Assembly (NCBI GenBank): GCA_965250115.1
Contig: CBDFNJ010000001.1
Location: 1,450,175-1,514,174 of the forward strand
Source of the DNA: Candidatus Marinacidobacterales bacterium
Lineage (GTDB): Bacteria; Acidobacteriota; Vicinamibacteria; Marinacidobacterales; SMYC01
Length of the DNA stretch: 64,000 nt
Reading direction: 5' to 3'
How positions within the stretch are numbered: the stretch's first letter is position 1; each line of letters begins with the position of its first letter. Below are positions 1 to 9,235 of the stretch, piece after piece. The translations under genes were made by a program, and so were the position numbers. A model generated the notes under the pieces. That model saw only the letters and a program-made list of their open reading frames with translations, had not been told where the DNA came from and ran no database searches.

Positions 1-13
1 GATAGATAGCTCC

Positions 14-298
14 ATGCAGGTTTTTCTTCTCGCCACGGCCCTGACCATTTTGTTCTCGGTGCTGCTTTGTCTCTATCGGGTTTTGATGGGGCCGGTCATC
101 ATCGATCGCATCATCGCCGTGAATGTCATCGGTACGAAAACGATCGCCATCATCTTGCTGACCGGATATTCCTTCGAGCGGGTCGATTTCTTCATCGACA
201 TCGCTTTCGTCTATGCGCTCATCAACTTCATAGGCGCCCTCGCTCTGTCGAAGTACTTCGAGAGACGAGGAATCGAGCAGCAAGGATTGTCACGATGA
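14..298 (+). CDS. mnhF: Na+/H+ antiporter subunit F (MrpF/MnhF-like), small 3-TM membrane protein
   Basis: The 94-aa hydrophobic ORF resembles MnhF/PhaF by size and motifs (LLxxYRVLxGP...DRI). It is first in a run of Mrp subunits, and its stop overlaps the next start (ATGA). Confidence 0.6.
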   Translation: MQVFLLATALTILFSVLLCLYRVLMGPVIIDRIIAVNVIGTKTIAIILLTGYSFERVDFFIDIAFVYALINFIGALALSKYFERRGIEQQGLSR

Positions 299-594
299 CG
301 TTGCTGGCGGTAATTTTCTTGTCCTCGGGCACTTTTTTTCTGCTGATGGGCGCCATCGGGTTGCTCCGTTTTCCGGATTTCTATACGCGGATGCACGCCG
401 CCGGTAAATGCGACACGCTCGGCAGCCTTCTCGTGTTGACCGGCCTGGCCTTCTACGCCGGGTTGAGCCTCACGAGCGTGAAGATCCTTGTCATTGCTCT
501 TTTCATCTTCCTAACGAGCCCCACGGCAACCCATGCCATCGCGAGGGCGGCCTTCAGGCACAACGTACCGCTCTGGACGAGAGAGGGGGAATAG
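295..594 (+). CDS. mnhG: Na+/H+ antiporter subunit G (MrpG/MnhG)
   Basis: The ~99-aa ORF has the typical MnhG sequence (GLLRFPDFYTRMHAAGK...). It overlaps the MrpF stop and ends with TAG at 592-594. Confidence 0.65.
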   Translation: MTLLAVIFLSSGTFFLLMGAIGLLRFPDFYTRMHAAGKCDTLGSLLVLTGLAFYAGLSLTSVKILVIALFIFLTSPTATHAIARAAFRHNVPLWTREGE

Positions 595-840
595 ATGAGC
601 TGGCAGCTCGACCTCTTATTGCTTCTGTTCACCGTGATTTGCGCCATCGCCGCGGTGACCGTCAAGGATCTCCTCGCTTCCGTCATTCTCCTCGGCGCGT
701 TCAGCCTGTTCATGTGCCTTCTGTGGGTGGAGATGGGCGCTGTGGACGTCGCCTTCACGGAGGCGTCGGTAGGGGCTGGGGTGACGACGGTCCTCTTCGT
801 CATCACAGTCTTCAAGACCGAAAGGATAAGCAAGGATTGA
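595..840 (+). CDS. MnhB N-terminal-like (DUF4040/MbhD-like) small membrane subunit
   Basis: An 81-aa ORF with 3 TM helices, abutting MrpG. It resembles the N-terminal third of MrpB that is split out in Mbh-type clusters. Confidence 0.5.
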   Translation: MSWQLDLLLLLFTVICAIAAVTVKDLLASVILLGAFSLFMCLLWVEMGAVDVAFTEASVGAGVTTVLFVITVFKTERISKD

Positions 841-1115
841 AGTTCATTCATCTCATCGCGACCGGAGTGACGGGGCTTCTATTGGCCTTCGGAACCGTGG
901 AAATGCCCGAGTTTGGCGATCCCGAGTCGCCACCGAGCCGGCACGTGTCTCCGCGCTACATCGAAGACGGTTTCGCCGAAACGGAAGTTCCCAATATGGT
1001 GACGGCGGTTCTCGCGGATTACCGCAGCTACGACACCCTCGGAGAAACCACCGTCATCTTCACGGCGGCGATCGCCTGTCTTCTCATCCTGCGGGGGAAA
1101 AGGAAGGAGGATTGA
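837..1115 (+). CDS. MnhB-like membrane subunit (MbhE-like)
   Basis: A hydrophobic ~92-aa ORF. The probable TTG start at 837 overlaps the previous stop, but the start is uncertain. Confidence 0.45.
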   Translation: MKFIHLIATGVTGLLLAFGTVEMPEFGDPESPPSRHVSPRYIEDGFAETEVPNMVTAVLADYRSYDTLGETTVIFTAAIACLLILRGKRKED

Positions 1116-1118
1116 GCC

Positions 1119-1535
1119 GTGCTCGAGGAGCAGCCGAGTGTTATCGTCAAGACCGTCGCCCGCTTGCTCGTCCCCTTCATCCAACTCTTCGGCCTCTACG
1201 TCATCATGCACGGCCACTCCAGCCCGGGAGGCGGCTTTCAAGGCGGCGTTATTCTGGGGTCGAGCTTCATTCTGCTATCCATCGCCTATGGGATCGACGT
1301 GGTGAAGCGAAGGTTCCCCCTGGCGGCCCTAACGGTCTTCACCAGCCTGGGGGTTTTTCTTTACGTCGGGATCGGGATGATTTGCCTAGCCTACGGGGCA
1401 AACCTCTTCGACTACGCCGTCCTCCCGTTCGCGCAGCCGCGCAGCATCGGAATGCTAGGGATCGAGATCGGAGTCGGGATCACCGTGATGGCGGTCATCG
1501 TTTCGATTTTTCACGATCTCATCACTTTCGAATGA
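1119..1535 (+). CDS. mnhB: Na+/H+ antiporter subunit B core domain (MrpB-like)
   Basis: It carries the motif HGHSSPGGGFQGG that is diagnostic of MrpB/MnhB. It has several TM helices and is 138 aa. Confidence 0.6.
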   Translation: MLEEQPSVIVKTVARLLVPFIQLFGLYVIMHGHSSPGGGFQGGVILGSSFILLSIAYGIDVVKRRFPLAALTVFTSLGVFLYVGIGMICLAYGANLFDYAVLPFAQPRSIGMLGIEIGVGITVMAVIVSIFHDLITFE

Positions 1536-1542
1536 GACTGGG

Positions 1543-1950
1543 ATGACCGAATTCGGATTCCTCATTGCGCACATCAACGGCATTATCTACGTGGTCCTCA
1601 TGATGATCGGCTTTTATGCCATGACGGGCAAAGCGAACCTGGTCAAGAAGCTGGTCGGGATGAACATCTTTCAGTGGTCGATCATCCTCTTCGTCGTCTC
1701 GCTCGGAGCGAAGCGCGACGCCACCATACCGATCGTCCAAGGCGGGCATGGGCACGAAGGCGATCTGCTACTCAATGCCGTGGACTACGCGAACCCGCTG
1801 CCTCACGTCCTCATGTTGACCGCTATCGTGGTGGGAGTCGCCACGACTGGGGTCGCCCTCGCCCTTCTCCTGCGAATCTACAAGAGCTACGGCACTTTGG
1901 AAGAAGACGTGCTGTTGGAAAAAGTGAGAGCCTCGCGCCGGGTTCGATGA
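1543..1950 (+). CDS. mnhC: Na+/H+ antiporter subunit C (MrpC/MnhC, NuoK-like)
   Basis: A 135-aa NuoK-like 3-TM protein in the cluster, with the conserved LVKKLVGMNIFQ motif. Confidence 0.6.
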   Translation: MTEFGFLIAHINGIIYVVLMMIGFYAMTGKANLVKKLVGMNIFQWSIILFVVSLGAKRDATIPIVQGGHGHEGDLLLNAVDYANPLPHVLMLTAIVVGVATTGVALALLLRIYKSYGTLEEDVLLEKVRASRRVR

Positions 1951-3461
1951 ACATCCACCAGTCTCCTCTTCCCGTTCTCATCATTGCCGCTCCGCTTCTC
2001 GCGTCGATCGTCCTTCCCGTGCTCGGATTGTGGAAGCGGCAAACGGCCTACCCGTTGACGCTCCTTGTCCTTCTGTTCTCGTTCGGGACGTCTGTTCTCG
2101 TGGCGGCGGAAGTGACGAGCAACGGTCCGATCCAATATTTCATGGGCGGCTGGGAGCCACCCTGGGGAATCGAGTACCGCATCGATCACCTCGGGGCCAT
2201 CATGTTGTTGCTCTTGACTTTCATCACACTCCTCGTGGCGATCTATTCGAAAGAAAGCATCGCTACCGAAGCGCCGGATAAAGAAGTTCCTTTCTACAGC
2301 GTATTTCTCTTGCTGGTCTGTGGATTGACGGGGATCGTCGCCACGGCGGACATGTTCAACCTGTACGTTTTTCTCGAGATCACTTCCTTGTCCGGCTACG
2401 CGCTCATCTCGATTGGAGACCGGGCCGCAGTGGTCTCGGCGTTCCGATACGTCATTCTTGGGACCGTGGGAGCCTGCTTCTATCTGCTTTCCGTCAGCTA
2501 CCTCTATAGCGTCACCGGCTCGCTCAATATGGCAGACTTGGCGCGCATCCTCCCAGACCTCTATCAGTCCAGAGTGGTCCTGGTCGCCTTCGCCTTCTTT
2601 ATCAGCGGAATATCCATCAAGATGGCGCTGTTCCCCATGCACGCCTGGCTGCCCGGCGCTTACTCGGAGGCCCCTTCGGCCGTGAGCGCGCTGCTCGCCG
2701 CCACCACGACCAAAGTCGCCGCCTACGTCATGGTGCGGGTCATGTTCTTCGTCTTCGAGCCGCGCTTCTCCGTGGATCTGATACCGGTCACGACGCTCTT
2801 GAGCTGGATGGGGGCGGTGGCCATGATTGTCGGCTCCGTCGTGGCCATCGCCCAGTCGGACATCAAGCGGATGCTCGCCTATTCTTCCGTGGCGCAGATC
2901 GGCTACATCGTCCTTGGGATTGGGCTCGCGAACCGAATGGGCCTTACCGGCGGGCTCTTGCACATCATCAACCACGCTTTCATGAAGGGCTGTCTGTTCC
3001 TCGTAGCCGGCGCTATCGCCTATCGAACCGGATTCCGACATATCAGTGACTTCCGGAACCTTTCCACCAAGATGCCCTGGACCGCCGCCACCTTCACTGT
3101 TGCTGCGTTCTCCATGATTGGGATCCCGCCGACCTGCGGTTTCTTCAGCAAGCTCTACCTCATTATGGGCGCCGTCGACGCCGGGGAATGGGTCTTTGTG
3201 GGGCTCATTCTCTTCAGCAGCACTTTGGCCCTCGCCTATTTCGGGAACGTCATCAGGTACATGTACTTCCAGAAGGACGAAGCGGGCAGCGAGAGTGTGG
3301 AGGGAACCGGCTCGGCCGAGCCCGTCAGGAACGAGGCTCCTTTGACCATGCTCGCTCCCATGCTGGCCCTCGCGGCCGGGATCGTGCTTCTCGGACTATT
3401 CAACGGCGGTGTCGTATCCCGGTTCGTGGAGCACGCGATCCCGGCGAGCTTCGGGAAGTGA
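1947..3461 (+). CDS. mnhD: Na+/H+ antiporter subunit D (MrpD/MnhD, NuoN/M family)
   Basis: A 505-aa polytopic protein of the NuoM/N antiporter-like family (motifs WLPxAxxxPxxxSALLxA, AYSSVAQIGYI). The ATG at 1947 overlaps the MrpC stop. Confidence 0.75.
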   Translation: MNIHQSPLPVLIIAAPLLASIVLPVLGLWKRQTAYPLTLLVLLFSFGTSVLVAAEVTSNGPIQYFMGGWEPPWGIEYRIDHLGAIMLLLLTFITLLVAIYSKESIATEAPDKEVPFYSVFLLLVCGLTGIVATADMFNLYVFLEITSLSGYALISIGDRAAVVSAFRYVILGTVGACFYLLSVSYLYSVTGSLNMADLARILPDLYQSRVVLVAFAFFISGISIKMALFPMHAWLPGAYSEAPSAVSALLAATTTKVAAYVMVRVMFFVFEPRFSVDLIPVTTLLSWMGAVAMIVGSVVAIAQSDIKRMLAYSSVAQIGYIVLGIGLANRMGLTGGLLHIINHAFMKGCLFLVAGAIAYRTGFRHISDFRNLSTKMPWTAATFTVAAFSMIGIPPTCGFFSKLYLIMGAVDAGEWVFVGLILFSSTLALAYFGNVIRYMYFQKDEAGSESVEGTGSAEPVRNEAPLTMLAPMLALAAGIVLLGLFNGGVVSRFVEHAIPASFGK

Positions 3462-5509
3462 CGGGCGTGTCCATTCTCGCGGCCTGGATCTGCATCGTCT
3501 CTCCTATGGTGGGTGTGGCGCTCGCTCCAGCGCTCGCTCGGATCCACGTCAGGGTGAGAGACCTGGGCGCGGTCTCGTTTTCCCTCGTCTCTGCGGGCGC
3601 AGCGCTCTCCTTGCTTCCCGCGCTTTGGCATCCCGAAGTCCTTCCTCTTGAAAGCAATTTCAACTGGCTCGAATCTCCCTTTCGAATCGGATTCGGCGTT
3701 CTGATCGATCCCTTGAGCATCGTCCTCGTCAACGTCGTCGCCGTGGTGAGCTCCATCATCATGGTGTATTGCCTCGGCTACATGAGGGGCGACCCTGCCC
3801 AGACCCGCTTTTGGATGTGGATGAACGGCTTCATTGGCAGTATGGCGCTGCTGGTACTTTCCAACAATCTCCTCTTCGTCTTCATCGGTTGGAAACTCGT
3901 GGGGATCTGTAGTTACGGTCTCATCGGTTTCTACTACGAGGACCAGCGCAAATACTGGATCGGCGGCCCGCCCCCCACTGAATATGTGATGCCCTCACAG
4001 GCGAGCCTCAAGGCCCTGGTGGTCACAGGGGCCGGAGACATGCTCATGTTGGGGGGCATCCTCATCATGTACTTCTACGCCGGGACGTTGAACTTCATGG
4101 AGCTCTACGAAACCGCCTCCACCTGGGTCCCCCGGATGGCCGCCGCGCCCGGCATGTTCGCGCTCACGAGCGTCCTCCTTCTCGCGGGTCCAGTGGGCAA
4201 GTCGGCGCAGTTTCCTTTCCACGAGTGGCTTCCGGAAGCCATGGCGGGCCCGGGTCCTGTCTCCGCGCTCATCCACGCGGCCACGATGGTCAAGAGTGGG
4301 GTCTATCTCGTGGCGAGGCTCGTGCCACTCTTCTACTACGCGCGCTGGGTGGTCGGAGCCGAAGAGGCGGGGTGGTTCTTCCATCTGGCCGCCTGGATCG
4401 GCGCCTTCACTGCGTTGCTCGCCGCTACCCAGGGCATGGTGGCACTGGAGCTGAAAAAGATCCTCGCCTATTCGACCGTCAGTCAGATCGGCTACATGAT
4501 GCTGGGGCTGGGGATCGTGGGGCTCGCTCCGGCGCTCCTCGTGTCAGGCGTGACAGCAGGAATATTCCACCTAGTGAGCCACGCTCTGTTCAAGGCCTGC
4601 CTGTTTCTCTGCGCCGGCACGATCATTCACGCCGTGCACTCCATTTACATCCAGGACATGGGTGCCCTGAAGAAGTTTTTACCTCTTACCTTCGTCTTCA
4701 CGCTGCTTGCAGCCTTGTCTCTCATGGGCCTGCCCCCGCTTCCCGGATTCTGGAGCAAGGACGCGATCTTGCTCGCCACGTTTGAAGCCAGCCGTCCCCT
4801 GTTCGTGCTCGCGCTGCTCACCGTTGGGATCACGGCCTTCTATACCGTTCGATTACTGGGGATCGTATTCTACGGGCCGAAGAGCGACAACCTGGTGCAC
4901 GTCGAACAAGAGGGCGGGCACTTGAATGACGGCGCGGTATCGATGCGCTTCGCCGTCGGCCTTCTCGCCGCCATGATCGTGGTTGCCGGGCTCGGTGGTC
5001 CGCTGATCGAGAATGCACTACACGTAAGCTTCGAGGCGAGCGTCCCGGGGGAGTTCGCAGGGTTCGCACTGACCACCGAGACGGGTGAAGGAACCTTTTC
5101 TCACTCGCTGGTTCCGATCCTGTCCTTGTGCCTCATTGCGCTGGGCGCTCTACCCGCTTACTACCTCTACTTCGCGCGCAAGGCCTCTCCCCAAACACTG
5201 ATCGAGAAACACGCCACGATACAGGCGTTCTACACCTTCTTTTGGAGGCGGTGGTTCATCGAAGGATTCTACCGCCGCGTCTTCGTCGAGGGAACGTTGC
5301 GGCTGGCCTCATTCGTAGCCGAGGACGTCGAAGACACCATGGACCGCCTCGTACACCGCGAACTTCCGGTTCTGTTCACGAAAAAAGCCCTGAGCGCCGT
5401 GAACCGCCTGCGCACGGAAACGGAGGAGCTTCTCTACAACGTATCCTACGTCCTCGTTATCCTCGTTTTGTTTCTGATCTTCCTCTTCATCGGGACAAGA
5501 GTCGTCTAA
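3458..5509 (+). CDS. mnhA: Na+/H+ antiporter subunit A (MrpA/MnhA, NuoL family; short form without fused MrpB domain)
   Basis: A ~683-aa NuoL-like protein (WLPEAMAGPxPVSALIHAATMV, AYSTVSQIGYMM). The GTG at 3458 overlaps the mrpD stop. The MrpB domain is encoded separately upstream. Confidence 0.7.
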   Translation: MTGVSILAAWICIVSPMVGVALAPALARIHVRVRDLGAVSFSLVSAGAALSLLPALWHPEVLPLESNFNWLESPFRIGFGVLIDPLSIVLVNVVAVVSSIIMVYCLGYMRGDPAQTRFWMWMNGFIGSMALLVLSNNLLFVFIGWKLVGICSYGLIGFYYEDQRKYWIGGPPPTEYVMPSQASLKALVVTGAGDMLMLGGILIMYFYAGTLNFMELYETASTWVPRMAAAPGMFALTSVLLLAGPVGKSAQFPFHEWLPEAMAGPGPVSALIHAATMVKSGVYLVARLVPLFYYARWVVGAEEAGWFFHLAAWIGAFTALLAATQGMVALELKKILAYSTVSQIGYMMLGLGIVGLAPALLVSGVTAGIFHLVSHALFKACLFLCAGTIIHAVHSIYIQDMGALKKFLPLTFVFTLLAALSLMGLPPLPGFWSKDAILLATFEASRPLFVLALLTVGITAFYTVRLLGIVFYGPKSDNLVHVEQEGGHLNDGAVSMRFAVGLLAAMIVVAGLGGPLIENALHVSFEASVPGEFAGFALTTETGEGTFSHSLVPILSLCLIALGALPAYYLYFARKASPQTLIEKHATIQAFYTFFWRRWFIEGFYRRVFVEGTLRLASFVAEDVEDTMDRLVHRELPVLFTKKALSAVNRLRTETEELLYNVSYVLVILVLFLIFLFIGTRVV

Positions 5510-5511
5510 GC

Positions 5512-7008
5512 ATGCCCGGCGTATTGTTGCAGGTCCTTCTGGCGCCTGTCGTCGCTTCGATGGTGATCTTCTCGATGAAGAAGAAGCTCGGGCGTTTGGC
5601 GGGATGGGTCGCGTCGTTCGCCATGCTCTACACGACCGCGCTGACCTTATGGGCGGCCGCCAAGGTTTACGGTGGAAAGACGCTCCCTGAGGAGTACCTC
5701 CTCATCGCCCCCGACATCCGTCTCGGCCTTCTGGCCGACGGGCTCAGCTTGCCGACTTTGGCCGTCGTCGTTCTTCTGTGTACTGCGCTTTCGTTCTACT
5801 CCATCCGCTACGTCGAGCACAGAATCGAGGTGCTCTATTCCACGGCGAGCGAGACTACCGCGCTTCGTTACTACGCGCGGTTCTTCTACCTTTTCCTCTT
5901 TTTCCCCGCCGGCTTCATCGGGGCGATTCTGAGCACCAATCTCATTTCGCTCTATTTCTTCTTGGAGGTCCTGACCATCACCCTGTTCTTCCTCATGGCC
6001 AATTTCGGCTACGTAGAACGGGTACGGGTAGCCTTCATCAGTCTGACCTGGGGAATCATCGGGGCGTTGTTCTTTTTGGCAGCGTCGATTGCCGTCTACA
6101 GCCAGGTGGGAAGTTTCGAGATCGCAGAGCTCCATCGCATGGCAGGAAACGAGTCGATTACCTGGGTCATCACTTTGTTCCTCATCGGCTTGTTGATGAA
6201 GCTGGCTATCGTGCCGTTTCACGTATGGATGCCGTGGGTGCATGCCGAGCACCCCACTTGCATCGCCGGACTGCTGGCGGTTTACGCGAACTTGGGCCTC
6301 TATATCGCCGTCCGGGTTCTCGTGCTTCCCCTCCGAGCTGATCTGCAGCAATTCGGAACGCCGCTCATGGTGCTCGCCCTCGCCACCATGGTCTACGGTT
6401 CCCTGCTCACGCTGGCGCAAACGGATATCAAGCGCCTGGCCGCCTGCTCGACGATCAGCCAAATTGCTTATTCGGTCCTCGGCCTGGGCGCCCTCACTAC
6501 CGTGAGCGTCGAGGGCGGCATGTTTTTCTTTCTGAGCCACATCATGGGCAAAACCCTCTTCTTTTCGGCGGCGGGGATCGTCGTCTATACGACGGGCATC
6601 CGAGACATGCGGGAAATGGGCGGCCTGGCCAAGAGAATGCCATTGACCGCGGGCCTGTGGTTGATGGGCTCCATGATGCTCTCTGGCTTTCCCCCTTTCA
6701 GCAGCTTCACGGCGGAGTGGATCATGTTCACGGGAATTTTTGAGCGGGGGTTGCTCGCCGGCCCGTTTGGAATCGCGATCGCCGTCGGGGGTGTCGTTGC
6801 TATCTTGTTGACGGTGGCCTATACGTTTGGAGCCGCGCGACGCATCTTCTTCGGCCCTTTGAGCCCCGCCCTCGAAGGCAAGAAACTCGCGGACCCGCGA
6901 TGGACGATGAGCGTCCCGCTGCTCGTCGTCGCAGCCGTTTCCATTCTGCTCGGGATGTACCCACGGTTGGTCATGGACTTGTTCCATAGCGTCATCGGCG
7001 CTCCCTGA
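5512..7008 (+). CDS. second NuoM/N-family antiporter-like subunit (MrpD paralog)
   Basis: A 498-aa polytopic protein with the motifs HVWMPxxHAEHPTCIAG and CSTISQIAY. The ATG at 5512 lies 3 bp after the mrpA stop. Confidence 0.65.
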   Translation: MPGVLLQVLLAPVVASMVIFSMKKKLGRLAGWVASFAMLYTTALTLWAAAKVYGGKTLPEEYLLIAPDIRLGLLADGLSLPTLAVVVLLCTALSFYSIRYVEHRIEVLYSTASETTALRYYARFFYLFLFFPAGFIGAILSTNLISLYFFLEVLTITLFFLMANFGYVERVRVAFISLTWGIIGALFFLAASIAVYSQVGSFEIAELHRMAGNESITWVITLFLIGLLMKLAIVPFHVWMPWVHAEHPTCIAGLLAVYANLGLYIAVRVLVLPLRADLQQFGTPLMVLALATMVYGSLLTLAQTDIKRLAACSTISQIAYSVLGLGALTTVSVEGGMFFFLSHIMGKTLFFSAAGIVVYTTGIRDMREMGGLAKRMPLTAGLWLMGSMMLSGFPPFSSFTAEWIMFTGIFERGLLAGPFGIAIAVGGVVAILLTVAYTFGAARRIFFGPLSPALEGKKLADPRWTMSVPLLVVAAVSILLGMYPRLVMDLFHSVIGAP

Positions 7009-7132
7009 GGCGTCATTCGAGGAACAATATGGGGTCGTGAGCCCGGCCCTAGCCCCGTCGCCGGAGCTCCCAAGGAAACTATGCCACGCGATGCGATCCC
7101 ATGTTGTTAGGATACTCGCCGAGGGGGCCCTC

Positions 7133-7996
7133 ATGAGAAACATGACCGAGCAGAATATTACCGGCCTTGCGACCGAACGCTACGGCACCTGTCCCGACCC
7201 GCGGCTGCGCGAGGTCATCGGCTCTTTGGTGGAGCACCTCCACGCCTTCGTACGCGAGATCGAGCCGACGGAAGCCGAGTGGATGGCCGGGATCGATTAC
7301 CTCACCCGCGTCGGGAAGATGTGTGACGACAAGCGCCAGGAATTCATTATCCTGTCCGACGTACTCGGCGTCTCGATCCTCGTCGACGCGATCAATCATC
7401 GCGTGCCCGACGCGGCGACGCCCTCGACGGTCGTCGGACCGTTCCACATCCCGGACTCCCCGGATTTCGACAGCGGCGCGAACATGGCCGCCGGCGCGCC
7501 GGGCACGCCGCTGGTTCTCACCGGGACCGTGAGCTCGCTCGACGGCACGCCGATCCGAAACGCCGTCGTCGACGCCTGGCAGCCCGACGGTGAAGGCATC
7601 TACGAGGCACAGAAGCCGGGCCAGGACAGTCCGTACTTGCGCGGCGTCTATCGAACGGACAAGGACGGCCGGTACCTCATTCGTACCGTAGCACCGCTCG
7701 GCTACTCGATCCCGATGGACGGCCCGGTCGCCGACCTGGTCACGCGGACGGGCGTCAACCGGTACCGGCCGTCGCACGTGCATTTCGATGTGTCGGCCGA
7801 CGGTTTCAAACCGGTCATCACGCATCTCTTTCGCAACGGCGACGTGCACCTGGACGACGACGTCGTCTTCGCGGTCAAGGATCGACTGGTCGTCGATTTC
7901 GTGGAGCACGAGCCGGGCATCGCGCCAAACGGCGAGCGGATGAGTGTCCCGTACTGCACGGCCAGCTTCGATTTCGTCCTCGCGCCAGCGCTGTAG
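7133..7996 (+). CDS. intradiol ring-cleavage dioxygenase (hydroxyquinol/catechol 1,2-dioxygenase family)
   Basis: It has the catechol-dioxygenase N-domain and intradiol C-domain motifs (VVGPFHIPDSP...YRPSHVHF..., the Fe-ligand Tyr/His region). The start is ATG 7133, with 7142 as an alternative. Confidence 0.7.
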   Translation: MRNMTEQNITGLATERYGTCPDPRLREVIGSLVEHLHAFVREIEPTEAEWMAGIDYLTRVGKMCDDKRQEFIILSDVLGVSILVDAINHRVPDAATPSTVVGPFHIPDSPDFDSGANMAAGAPGTPLVLTGTVSSLDGTPIRNAVVDAWQPDGEGIYEAQKPGQDSPYLRGVYRTDKDGRYLIRTVAPLGYSIPMDGPVADLVTRTGVNRYRPSHVHFDVSADGFKPVITHLFRNGDVHLDDDVVFAVKDRLVVDFVEHEPGIAPNGERMSVPYCTASFDFVLAPAL

Positions 7997-8021
7997 GAGA
8001 ACGATCACGTACCCGACTCAT

Positions 8022-9040
8022 GTGATTCCGACGACGTTGGTGGGCAGTTATCCCCAGCCCGAGTGGCTCTTGGATCGCGAGGCGCTGCGGCGCCGCCGCG
8101 TGCCGCGCGTCCACGCGCGGGAGCTCTGGCGGGTCCCATCCGACCTGCTCGAGCAGGCCCAGGACGACGCGACGGTGCTGGCGATCCGGGATATGGAGCG
8201 GGCCGGCATCGACATCCTGACGGACGGCGAAATCCGGCGCGAGAGCTACTCCAACCGTTTCGCGCTGTCGTTGGAGGGGATCGACGCCGAGCGGCCGGCT
8301 GAGGTTCCGGGACGCAACGGCCCGACGCTCGTCCCGCGCGTCGTCGGCAAGATTCGGCGACGCGGGGCGGTGGAGGCGCGAGACGCGGCGTTTCTGCGGC
8401 GCGCGAGCGATCGAGCCACCAAGACCACCCTCCCGGGTCCGTTTACACTGGCGCAGCAGGCCTACGACGAGTTCTACGGCGACGAAGAGGCCATGGCGAT
8501 GGACTATGCTGCAGCCGTCAACCAGGAACTGCGGGACATCACCGCGGCCGGAATCGATGTCGTCCACTCGACGAACCGTGGATGCAGGCCAGGGCCGACT
8601 GTGCCGCGCGCTACGGTGTGCGCGTGCTGAACCATGCGCTGGAAGGCATCGAGGCGCCGACGGTTGTCCACCTCTGCTTCGGCTACGCCGAGATGGTGCG
8701 CGACAAGCCGGCCGGCTATACCTTCCTCTCCGAGCTGGCCGACTCCACCGCGCAGCAGATCTCCATCGAAGCGGCGCAGCCGAACCTCGACGTCGGCATC
8801 CTCGCGAACCGGTCCAATAAACAGGTCGTGCTCGTCGTCCTCGATCTCTCGACGCCGGCCGTGGAGACCGCGGAGCAAATCGCCCAGCGGATTCGCGAAG
8901 GGCTGCGGTTCGTCTCGGCAGAGCGGCTCGTGGCGGCGCCGGATTGTGGGATGAAGTATCTCTCGCGGGAGGTGGCCTCCGCTAAGCTTTCCGCGCTGGC
9001 CGACGGTGCCGCGATCGCGCGCCGCGAGCTGGCCGGATAG
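8022..9040 (+). pseudogene. cobalamin-independent methionine synthase (MetE C-terminal-like, Meth_synt_2) with -1 frameshift near 8566
   Basis: The N-terminal part (8022-8630) and the C-terminal part (8582-9040) are both clearly MetE-like (IPTTLVGSYPQP..., DEPWMQARAD..., CFGYAEM...). They lie in different frames, and restoring one nucleotide at ~8566 (CAC-TCGACGAA) rejoins ...IDVVH/IDEPWMQ. Confidence 0.6.
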
Positions 9041-9049
9041 GCCGACTTT

Positions 9050-9201
9050 CCACGCTTCCCGTCAGAGAGCGACTTGGTAACGATCTCGAAGCATGCCGAT
9101 GTGGTCTTGTGGAACAGGGGAAACCCAGTGAGGCAGCGAAGCTCCTGCGCCACCGTGAGTTTCCCAGACGCAGCAGGCCCGTGGATGAAGACCACTTGCA
9201 T
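9050..9201 (-). pseudogene. N-terminal fragment of a P-loop NTPase (AAA_33/kinase-like)
   Basis: It begins MQVVFIHGPAASGKLTVAQEL...LFH. Only ~50 codons lie in the intergenic space before the antisense reading would enter the conserved metE 3' end, so it is a likely remnant. Confidence 0.3.
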
Positions 9202-9235
9202 GGGAGCGAGATCCGGGACGAGTCGGGCGACCCCG

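Noticed and set aside
1887-3041. Long antisense ORFs inside mrpD, mrpA2 (5647-7143 minus), the dioxygenase (7079-8008 minus), pyrD/pyrK (N-terminal 390 aa of ORF 25724-27511) and the HD-GYP gene (17157-17738 minus)
   Set aside because: These are typical high-GC antisense open frames (Arg/Gly/Pro-rich, no motifs) that overlap strongly supported genes on the other strand.
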